Assembly (NCBI GenBank): GCA_963727775.1
Contig: CAVSHB010000001.1
Span: 608,001-672,000, forward strand
Direction of reading: 5' to 3'
DNA from: an uncultured Nitrospiraceae bacterium
GTDB taxonomy: Bacteria > Nitrospirota > Thermodesulfovibrionia > Thermodesulfovibrionales > SM23-35
Length of the DNA stretch: 64,000 nt
The translations under genes were made by a program, and so were the position numbers. The notes beneath the pieces were generated by a model. The model was given only the letters and a program-made list of their open reading frames with translations. It was not told the DNA's origin and ran no database searches. Below, piece by piece: positions 42,301 to 48,529 of this stretch (the first letter of the stretch is position 1; each line of letters begins with the position of its first letter).

Positions 42301-45081
42301 TTAACCGGAGTAGCGGGCGCAGTTGCATATAATTCCGGCACAAACACTGCAACCTTTACCCCGTCTGCGAATCTCGCCTACAACACAACCTATACAGCTA
42401 CCGTCACAACAGGGGTTAAGGATATCTCAGGGAATAATATGGCGTCAAACTACATATGGAGCTTCACAACAGCGGCAGCGCCTCAGTACAACCTTAATGT
42501 AACCAAAACAGGAACTGGGACCGGTACTGTCAACAGTTCTGAGACGCCTTCTCCATTGATCAATTGCGGCAGCGCCTGCAGCGCAACATATAATTCCGGT
42601 ACCGTAGTCACGCTTACCGCCACAGCAGCGTCCGGCTCAGCCTTCACTGGCTGGTCAGGGGCCTGTTCAGGAGGGGCGCAGCAGTGTGCGGTAACCATGG
42701 ATGGTACTAAAACAGCTACAGCCAATTTTGACGTAGGCCAGGTCGCAACCCATGTCGTTACCCCATCCTCAGGAGGAAACGGCGATATTAGTCCTGCAAC
42801 ACAGCAGAACGTTCCGGACAATACGCCTGCTTCATTCGCCCTGAACCCTTCCACCGGCTACCACGTCTCCTCTGTGACCGGCACATGCGGAGGCACATTA
42901 AACGGTAATACGTTTACGACAAATCCTGTAAAAAGTAATTGTACTGTAACAGCCAATTTTGCGATCAACACTTACAAAATCACGCCTTCCGTAAATACAC
43001 AGGGAGGCACGCATGGCGTAATAACTCCGTCAGGACTTCAAACAGTCAATTACAATACACCTAAATCTTTTACCCTTACGCCTGTCACGGGGTATTATGT
43101 CGATACGGTTACGGGTGACTGCGGAGGCACATTAACCGGCAATGCTTTTAAAACGAATCCGGTGACCGCTGACTGTGCTGTAGTCGCCAACTTTGCGGCT
43201 AATACATACAGTGTTTCTACATCCATCGGCAGCGGCACAGGGGGAAGTATCAGCCCTACGGGTGTAACCGTAAACTACAGGGACAGGCCGCAATTCACAA
43301 TAACTCCCGATACGGGTTTTCATATCGGATCAGCAAGCGGCTGCGGCGGCTCTTTGAGCGGCAATACCTATACAACCGGCCAGATAACCTCAAACTGTAC
43401 GGTGGCCGCTTCATTTGCGATCAATACTTATACTATCTCAACTTCTGCCGGAACAGGCGGCGGGATCAGCCCCATGAGCGCCAAGCCAAATTATGGAGAC
43501 ACCCCGCAGTTTATGATAAACCCGAACGACGGTTACCATATCGTTTCTGTGAGCGGCTGCGGCGGTTCATTAAACGGCAATACTTATAAAACCGGCCAGA
43601 TTACAGGGAACTGCACGGTGACCGCAAGCTTTGCAATCAATACATATAATGTTTCCACATCTTCAGGCACAGGGGGTAACATAAGTCCTGTTAGCGCAAC
43701 AGTCGGTCAGGGGAACCCAACACAATTCATCCTAACGCCCGACGTCGGGTATCACATTGCATCAGTATCAGGTTGTGGGGGAACGCCGTTCCAGAGCTTA
43801 AATGTTATCACTTCAAAAAAGAAGCCAAAAAGAAATGCGCTCTTGAACAACACTTACACAACCGGTCCCATCACAGCGGATTGCACAGTCACAGCAGAAT
43901 TTGCAATCAACACTTATACCGTCACACCTTCTGCAGGAGCGCATGGAGGCATTAGTCCCTCATCTCCGCAGACAGTGGAAAACAATAACCCGATCTCATT
44001 CGGAATAAATCCTGATGCCGGTTATCATATCAATTCTGTGAGCGGCTGCGGCGGCGCATTATCCGGCGACATTTATAAAACAGGCCTGATCACAGGGGAT
44101 TGTACAGTCACAGCTTCTTTTGCGATCGATACCCACCTCGTTTCGACTTCAGCAGGTCAGGGCGGAGAAATCAACCCTGCAAGCGCGACGGTCAATGATG
44201 GTAGCACGACACAGTTCACTATAACTCCCGATGACGGATATTATCTCATCTCAGTATCAGGCTGTGGAGGAACACCTTTGCTGAGTTCAGGCGCAACGGC
44301 GAGAAAGCAGAAGAGTTCGCTCTCCGCTTACACATATAAGACCGGGCCGATAACAGCGGATTGTACAGTTATAGCGGAATATGCGGTAAGCATTTTTACT
44401 GTGACTCCTTCGGCGGTAGGGAACGGCAGCATTGATCCTTCAACTCCCCAAACAGCAAAATATAATGATAAGCTCACATTTACCATTAAGCCTGATTCGG
44501 GTTATCATATCACAACAGTGTCCGGCTGCGGCGGGTCTCTGTCCGGCAACATTTTTACCACCGGCAATATTACGGGGGATTGTATAGTCTCCGTATCTTT
44601 CGCAGTAAACACATATGTTGTTACAGCTTCTGCCGATCAGAACGGCAGCATTGTGCCTTCCGGGCGCCAGTACGCGGCCTATAATGAAATGCTGTCATTC
44701 ACCGTAACTCCGGACAACCATTACCACATCTCTTCTGTTACAGGCTGTGGTGGAACGCTCTCCGGCAACACATACACGACCGGGCCTATCACTCAAGACT
44801 GTAATGTCAATGCCGGATTTGCTATAGACGCCTATGAATTTGCAATCTCTATATCAGGCACAGGCAGCGGTACCATAACTGCGAATGGATTGTCCTGTAT
44901 AGGGAACGCCTGTTCAGAATTTCCGTATGGCATAAAGGTAGTCTTCAAGATACAGCCGGACCCCGGTTGCCGTGTAGCCGATATCAAGATTGACGGGGTC
45001 TCTATCGGCGCGGTTAATACCATAACCTTTAAGCAGATGACCAGTGATCATACTATTGAGGTTGTTTTTGAGACAATGTAA
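33391..45081 (+). CDS. Giant (3896 aa) secreted multi-domain surface protein/adhesin
   Basis: Signal peptide; NHL/YWTD-like propeller; three QQTxDGGYIVAG propellers; InlB B-repeats; Ig-like (ATFSEAM) domains x3; BACON-like domain; beta-helix-like segment; many C-terminal GYHI.SVSGCGG repeats. Confidence 0.9.
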   Translation: MKKLNTLIFAIIIFNIFLITGILIPLNSDAATQTMYTPNWDTNTISKANLDGSGGVSLNLGLLNYPFGIAISGERMYVVNYQNSKVIRANLDGTGAQDIGNPGSFLSNPTGIAISGGKMYIVAIDVSPYKVVQANLDGTGAQDLGNLNGTLNVPRGIAIDPSGYIYVANAGGNNISKADINGGGGVSLDISGLCNTPDGIAISGGKIYVACNGSQNIVRLNLDGTGVQNLGNLGGLSKPTGIAIDAYGGKMYVVSSDNGNGNQKIVQANLDGTGGTNLGNLSGVLHFGQMIAIFTQHNLTVTKTGNGTIISLPAGINCDTDCNELYTEGTVVTLKAIPDAGSYFNGWTGDCVSQALECKVTMDAAKNVTANFTTTPPSVQTWAKTYGGTGGDWANSIQQTSDGGFIVSGATASFGSGSNDAWILKLNADGTVAWQNTYGGTGDDGAGAIQQTSDGGYIVAGSTASFGAGSADVWILKLNADGTVAWQNTYGGTGDDGAGAIQQTSDGGYIVAGSTALFGAGSADAWVLKLNADGTVAWQKTYGGAGNDYANSVQQTLDGGYIVAGYTDSFGAGYGDAWILKLNADGTVAWQNAYGGAGADYAAAVQQTSDGSYIVAGYTNSFGAGSGDAWILKLNADGTVAWQKTYGGASDDYATAVQQTSDGGYIVAGRADSFGAGYGDAWILKLNADGTVAWQKTYGGAGDDYAYSVQQTSDGGYIVVGRTDSFGAGGTDIWILKLDSAGNISGCPSGLIGVTNVLGSSAGATLTGTAVIAAGTAVSPQTSIATVTDTSVSGAVICTGLQEYMLTVAKSGTGVGSVTSSPAGINCDTSNFDCSGLYLSGSVVTLTASTYSGNAFTGWSGGGCTGTGTCVVTVNAPVTVTANFDAVPTYQMSVVPSGTGAGRVTSTPGYIDCSTNCGDCSCGQSYNEGTAVTLSATADPGSVFTGWTVSGNPTACPGTGNCQVTMSADQSVTADFELGPTIRVLPANYNFGDTPVSTPLTREVTISNIGSVGNLNVTSDMTLSDSTNYSLDTGSGSSPCGSTTPTISPSSNCTVVITFTPKSTGIFNTTLSIISNDPVTPTINVPMSGSSGATGISWAKTYGGTGVDRANTIRQTTDGGYIVAGYTESFGAGNGYAWVMKLGSGGAVQWQKTYGGGGVNEVYSVQQTTDGGYIVAGYTNSSGAGSGDVWIMKLDSDGNVGSDYSGTWQKTYGGGNVEVVYSIQQTTDGGYIVAGYTSSFGAGNGDAWIMKLDSDGNVGSDYSGTWQKTYGGGNVDAMYSIRQTTDGGYIVAGYTDSSGAGDSDAWVMKLNTDGSVAWQKTYGGAGSEYAYPIQQTTDGGYIVAGGTYSFGAGNGDAWIMKLDSDGNVGSGYPGTWQKTYGGADYDFANSIQQTTDGGYIVAGGTYSFGAGNGDVWIMKLDSDGNVGSGYPGTWQKTYGGAGNDYANSIQQTTDGGYIVAGYTESFGAGNGDAWVLKLDSYGNISGCAASLIGITNTNISGIDTNATVTDTSVTGIDTSVTPQPSSATVADTGVTGLDICPPLGSVLDNPSLTWTTGGDAPWFGETLFSIDGDAAQSGAISNGQSSTLQTTINPSQDAILSFYWKVSSDPAHAFLTFYIDDIEQSGGHISGEVDWQLKQYPISAGTHTIKWIYSKDPSASIVNYDAGWVDKVQLATLYNLTVNKTGSTGEGTVISLPPGINCDLSNTDCSEMYGDGSVVTLKAVPAAGFYFAGWSGDCVSQALECKVAIDAAKTVTANFTTTPPIVQTWVKVIGDAQDDEANSVQQTSDGGYIVAGTKDGGSEGTGDFWIMKLTAAGDISWQKTYGNADSDWPYSLEQTADGGFIVTGMTGYGESGSGLIWMLKLDKDGNIEWQKESDGYSERGKAIHQTFDGGYIVIGETNSSGAGSQDILVLKLDKDGNILWKKTYGSDGYEGANDIKQTTDGGYIISGYSGTLGSGAFDAWIIKLDSNGNVGTGFPGTWQKTFGGGGSTNDYLSSIQQTSDGGYIAAGNTESFGEGSTDLWVFKLLANGDIDWQKTFGSTGNEGASSVQEVYQGGYVIAGSGFDGSWILRLDQSGNKIWEKTYGNSSNDNAASVRQTSDNGFIVAGWTSYLGNNRFLIAKLDADGDVGGCSFISSAANSTMHNINAVVGNSSGTMGISSDTLQSTFATVTPTSVTEANVCSGTVILWIGGDGNWSDPAKWSSGSVPLATDDALITVDGDYTVTVASDAAIHNLTLGGASGTQKLSISNPFTFTINGASTINNHAGIDLSGTLNAIGDMTMNGVLTWSGGTITGAGALIINNQAVLSGTDMTLDAKTVINNSWVSWVYGNVYFNNGAQFNNQVGAILSIEADYSASSSAGTGGAFNNNGGFITKNTGTGTTTLSNIAFNNDGTVSIESGTIKFDSSMSFSNTGPSRLQGYGTLDFSGYPFGSNNGIISPGTSIGTLSIIGNLIQMPSSAINIEIGGTAQYDQLNINGAVTLGGTLNVSLTGGFTPSIGDTFTILNYISKSGTFSTQNLPSLTGKQWNVNIGATSVVLTVTSSDTTPPTVSSTSPVNSDTNVPITSNISATFSEAMDASTINGSTFTVSGGVTGTINYDAITHTATLTPSANLAYSTIYTATITAGVKDVAGNNMAAAYTWTFTTAAAPPCTYTFNNPASANVPNTGGNNLSFTVTASSQSCVWTASSNNPTWITSVSGGATGNGTVTYNVSVNTGLGRSGSISVGSQSFVVNQAAENTPPTVTGTNPVNNATSVPITSAVSATFSEAMDATTIAGATFTLTGAAGGVTGTVAYNAGTNTATFTPSANLAYNTTYTATITTGVKDVAGNNMASNYTWSFTTAPQYMLNVTKTGTGSGTVTGNTPHTEINCGSTCSASYAAGTNVTLTAAPAAGSGFAGWSGACSGTNSSSTVTMGGPRTCTATFSDIVYPTVSSAAPNSGATGVPVNTSISATFSEAMNASTITGATFTLTGVAGAVAYNSGTNTATFTPSANLAYNTTYTATVTTGVKDISGNNMASNYIWSFTTAAAPQYNLNVTKTGTGTGTVNSSETPSPLINCGSACSATYNSGTVVTLTATAASGSAFTGWSGACSGGAQQCAVTMDGTKTATANFDVGQVATHVVTPSSGGNGDISPATQQNVPDNTPASFALNPSTGYHVSSVTGTCGGTLNGNTFTTNPVKSNCTVTANFAINTYKITPSVNTQGGTHGVITPSGLQTVNYNTPKSFTLTPVTGYYVDTVTGDCGGTLTGNAFKTNPVTADCAVVANFAANTYSVSTSIGSGTGGSISPTGVTVNYRDRPQFTITPDTGFHIGSASGCGGSLSGNTYTTGQITSNCTVAASFAINTYTISTSAGTGGGISPMSAKPNYGDTPQFMINPNDGYHIVSVSGCGGSLNGNTYKTGQITGNCTVTASFAINTYNVSTSSGTGGNISPVSATVGQGNPTQFILTPDVGYHIASVSGCGGTPFQSLNVITSKKKPKRNALLNNTYTTGPITADCTVTAEFAINTYTVTPSAGAHGGISPSSPQTVENNNPISFGINPDAGYHINSVSGCGGALSGDIYKTGLITGDCTVTASFAIDTHLVSTSAGQGGEINPASATVNDGSTTQFTITPDDGYYLISVSGCGGTPLLSSGATARKQKSSLSAYTYKTGPITADCTVIAEYAVSIFTVTPSAVGNGSIDPSTPQTAKYNDKLTFTIKPDSGYHITTVSGCGGSLSGNIFTTGNITGDCIVSVSFAVNTYVVTASADQNGSIVPSGRQYAAYNEMLSFTVTPDNHYHISSVTGCGGTLSGNTYTTGPITQDCNVNAGFAIDAYEFAISISGTGSGTITANGLSCIGNACSEFPYGIKVVFKIQPDPGCRVADIKIDGVSIGAVNTITFKQMTSDHTIEVVFETM
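34525..37840 (+). repeat. Near-identical intragenic tandem repeats (43-aa/129-bp and 53-aa/159-bp blades)
   Basis: Recurring CAGCAGACCTCGGATGGCGG (about 34.5-35.6 kb) and CAGCAGACCACGGACGGTGGGTATATTG (about 36.7-37.8 kb). Confidence 0.85.
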
Positions 45082-45089
45082 AAGTTAAT

Positions 45090-46391
45090 TCAGTGGGTTG
45101 CACAGCTGAGACAGGGATCGAATATCCTTACACACCGGCTGATGAGTTTCTCGCCTTCTCCGGATATCCTGTCTCCTTCTAAATGTTTTTCTGCCAGATG
45201 TCTAAGAAAAAAGTTGATGTAGGCGTTATTAAACTGTGTGGCAACCAGAAGACGCATGCGTTCAATCTTCCCCTGATTGACGAGGTAACTGTGCATAAGT
45301 ATCCCTCGCGGCGCCTCTAAGACACCTGTCCCCTGTCCGCTTGCCGTCAGATCAGCGTCGACGGTCATCTGTGCAAGGTCTATCTTCTCTGTCAGATGAA
45401 GTATTTTTTTTGCGGCCCAGAAGATCTCCAGAAGGCGGCAGGCGTCATACGACTCCAGTGTCAATGAACTGCGGTTGCGTAACAGATTAGTAAGGTCAAG
45501 ATTAAGCAAATCCGGGTCGTGCAATGGTCCATTCTCCTGGAAACTACGGGACAGAGGCCCAACGAGCATGATCCCGTCCGGAAACCCCAGTCTTGTTAAA
45601 AAAGGAAATTTGGCAAGAGTCCAATCAGTTCTTAATTCGGAAATGTTATCCATAAAATCGTTGCGTCCAAAACGGAATTCCTGTCCTCCTTTTTGATTGT
45701 ATACGCAGAATGCGTCTTCTCCATCATTGCCATCGTAAGCTACAAAGTTAATGCGTTGTTCCGAAGGGAAAGGGATACTTTTCGACGAAGAATGAATCTC
45801 CCCGAGTTGTTGAATGAGACTTAGTGTGCGCGCTTTGACATCCATAGTTATAGTGCGAATTTCTTCAATGTCGGCAGAAGATGGAGACGAAGAAAAGCGG
45901 CCTATCCCGATCGTTACAGGATGAGACGTGCGTTTCCCCAGGAGCCGGACAATGCGCAATCCTGCATTACGCAGAGCAAAGGCTTCCCTCGTTATATCGG
46001 GGTGACTTTTCATAAGTTCAAAAATTCCTGCAGATGCGCCCATAAAGTCAGGCATGGTCAGAAAAAAATAACTTAAAGCGTGGCTGTCGATCCATTCACC
46101 TAATACCATTATTTCGCGGAGGGCTTTTACAGAGGGGGTCGGCTGGATCGATAGCGCTTCTTCAATGGCGCTGATTGAAGCAACCTGATGGGAGGATGAA
46201 CACAGGCCGCAGATCCGTGAGACCATATGAGGAACATGCTCAACACGCAGCCCGCGGGTAAATCCTTCAAAACCGCGAAACTCATGTACCAAAAACCGCG
46301 CTGTCTTTATTTTGCCTTCTTCGACCTCGATCTGAATATTGGCGTTTCCCTCTATTCGCGTGGCCTTCTGAAAAAGAATTTTTTTGCTCAT
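45090..46391 (-). CDS. Group 3-type [NiFe]-hydrogenase large subunit without C-terminal extension
   Basis: TRIEG, RGFE, L1 RICGLC, EAPRG, L2 DPCLSCATH followed directly by TGA. Confidence 0.92.
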   Translation of the reverse strand: MSKKILFQKATRIEGNANIQIEVEEGKIKTARFLVHEFRGFEGFTRGLRVEHVPHMVSRICGLCSSSHQVASISAIEEALSIQPTPSVKALREIMVLGEWIDSHALSYFFLTMPDFMGASAGIFELMKSHPDITREAFALRNAGLRIVRLLGKRTSHPVTIGIGRFSSSPSSADIEEIRTITMDVKARTLSLIQQLGEIHSSSKSIPFPSEQRINFVAYDGNDGEDAFCVYNQKGGQEFRFGRNDFMDNISELRTDWTLAKFPFLTRLGFPDGIMLVGPLSRSFQENGPLHDPDLLNLDLTNLLRNRSSLTLESYDACRLLEIFWAAKKILHLTEKIDLAQMTVDADLTASGQGTGVLEAPRGILMHSYLVNQGKIERMRLLVATQFNNAYINFFLRHLAEKHLEGDRISGEGEKLISRCVRIFDPCLSCATH

Positions 46392-48286
46392 CTGATCCTC
46401 GATCTGTCACTCGGGAAATAGCGGTTGAACTTGAGTGAGCTGTTCGCATGTTTGCGGTAGATCTTCATCACCGACTTGATCTGGTCTTCCAAATGCGGAT
46501 GGCGTCCAACGAGTGAACTTAGCATGACCTCTTCAAAACTGCTCCCTTCGTCCATTTTTTTGAAAGCAGTCTGCGAAGGTCCGCGACATCCCCAGCACGG
46601 AAGGCCACCCCGAGGACAGACAGCCCCGCAGCCGCCCTTTGTCATGAATCCCATACATATAGCGCCACGGGAAGTGAAACAATGGTCTTTTCCCCATTCA
46701 GGTCTTGGGGCGACCCAGAAATGCTCTGCCGGAATTTTCTGCGGTTTGCGGCTGCACTCAGCACATACAATGGGTTTTGTTTTTACAGATTGCGCTTCAC
46801 CTTTGAGTTCGTTAATGAGCCGGCTGAGAAGGCCGACGTTTGGCGGGCATCCCGGAAGGTAATAATCAACCCTGACGAAATCATCCAGTTTCCTTGCGCG
46901 TCTGAGCAGTTTTAATTCCTCTTCCTGGTCCTGGTAAGTTGCCCGGGCTATCCCGCGCGAGCCCGACATGTAATATGCGAGGGGGTCTTTTGCATGGCCG
47001 TAAGATTCTTCGATCAATTCCTCAAGTTCGTATTGGTTGGCATAAGCCGGTATACCTCCAAAAGCGGCGCATGTCCCCCATGCAATGAGATATTTGGCCT
47101 TATGGCGGGCTTCTATAAGCTTTTCCTCGTCTTCTTTAACCCTTACCGTGCCATCAACAATTGCGATTTCTACCTCTACGATTTCTTCGGCATCAATCAG
47201 CATAGGGCAATATGAGATATTTATCTTTTTGAGAAGGTTTGTCAGCATTGCTTGGTCTTCCAGCAATACCGCAGAACAACCGCCGCAGGTGGACAAAGAA
47301 ACAATAGCAGTGCTGGTCCGGTTTTTCTTTCTCAATGGAGGAGGCATGTTGCGCATAATTACGCCTATTGATTTTTCAGGAGCGTTCAACGTCATCAACA
47401 GCATCCGCAGGCGGATGATTAAGCCCTGCAATATATACAGACCCAGTTCGGGTTCTGCCTTAATCCTCTCGGTGAACTCGTCCAGCTTTACAGGAAACAA
47501 TAGGGTACGCCCGGCAGCAGAAGCGTGGGCTGTCCTGCTTTGGCCGGTGATTATGGATGTCTCCCCAAAAAATTCTCCAGGTCCTAAATGCGCTAAAACG
47601 TACCTGTCATTATCCGGTCCCTGGCTGATCTCAATCTTGCCCTCGACTACAATAAATAGCCTGTCGCCGGGATCACCCTGATGAAATATGTATTCTCCAT
47701 CCTCGAACCATACACATTCTTCCCGATTGACAGAGACATCAACTGAAGAGTGTAATGACTTCTCTCGTGTCGGTAAATCTTTCAGATCTTCAGATTCCTG
47801 ATATCCCGCAGCCTGTGTGGACCCTGATTTTACGATGACATCAATATCAGGCGGCTGCGGGGATTCTGTCTGCTCATTCCGTTTATTTTCAATCAGGGCG
47901 CGTAAATTTTCATCGCCTTCAACTACAGCCTGCACGAGACGGCTTGTTTTTGTAATCCGCAGGCATAAAGTCTTAAACAGATGCGTGATCACTCCGGGAT
48001 CATGACGTATACGATTCAGCAATGATATACGGGTCAGGGGTAAAAGACAACTGCGGCTGATTGCTGTGGCAGTGGCTGCCCTGGCGTGATGGTCAAACAG
48101 CGCCATTTCTCCAAAAAAGTCCCCACGTTCCAATAATGCGAGAACATTCTTCTGCTCGTCTTTATTCCGGCTGATCTCAACAGCCCCCGATTGAATAATG
48201 TACATGGTATTACCCTGGTCGCCCTCACGGAATATGATCGCGCCTTTCTCGTAGGTAATGCCGAAAAGCTCTTCGCCCTTGCTCAT
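46388..48286 (-). CDS. Tandem cNMP-binding domains fused to a group 3 [NiFe]-hydrogenase small subunit
   Basis: GDFFGEMAL..RAATA and GEFFGETSI..RTAHA; then TCGGC, GTCAAFGGIP, LPGCPP, CAEC, CF, CMG..TKGGCGAVCP..GLPCWGCRG; ATGA overlap with the large subunit. Confidence 0.92.
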   Translation of the reverse strand: MSKGEELFGITYEKGAIIFREGDQGNTMYIIQSGAVEISRNKDEQKNVLALLERGDFFGEMALFDHHARAATATAISRSCLLPLTRISLLNRIRHDPGVITHLFKTLCLRITKTSRLVQAVVEGDENLRALIENKRNEQTESPQPPDIDVIVKSGSTQAAGYQESEDLKDLPTREKSLHSSVDVSVNREECVWFEDGEYIFHQGDPGDRLFIVVEGKIEISQGPDNDRYVLAHLGPGEFFGETSIITGQSRTAHASAAGRTLLFPVKLDEFTERIKAEPELGLYILQGLIIRLRMLLMTLNAPEKSIGVIMRNMPPPLRKKNRTSTAIVSLSTCGGCSAVLLEDQAMLTNLLKKINISYCPMLIDAEEIVEVEIAIVDGTVRVKEDEEKLIEARHKAKYLIAWGTCAAFGGIPAYANQYELEELIEESYGHAKDPLAYYMSGSRGIARATYQDQEEELKLLRRARKLDDFVRVDYYLPGCPPNVGLLSRLINELKGEAQSVKTKPIVCAECSRKPQKIPAEHFWVAPRPEWGKDHCFTSRGAICMGFMTKGGCGAVCPRGGLPCWGCRGPSQTAFKKMDEGSSFEEVMLSSLVGRHPHLEDQIKSVMKIYRKHANSSLKFNRYFPSDRSRIR

Positions 48287-48529
48287 GGAGATATGCTCTG
48301 CGCACTTTGAATAAGCACGCTGTTTCCTCCTCAATTCAGTTCGGTCCTGCCTGCTCCAGGCTGAAACAGTATAACATATGGATAATGCCGATAAGGAACA
48401 ACAATATATAACCCGGGAAAATTTTGGCGGGATATATGGTTTTCAGGCATGGTATCATATTACACGTCAAGTCGAAAGAAAAACCCCTCGTCCGGGAAGG
48501 ATGGTGCTTAGTGCTAAGGAACAGGTCTT

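Noticed and set aside
45090..45092. TGA after the hydrogenase terminal His as selenocysteine
   Set aside because: This is not a conserved Cys position, no SECIS was seen, and readthrough would overlap the convergent gene.
48263..48286. N-terminus MSKGEELF is identical to the start of GFP
   Set aside because: The match ends after 8 residues and runs directly into a normal cNMP-domain start (GITYEKGAIIFREGD). No other vector sequence is present, so it is treated as coincidence.
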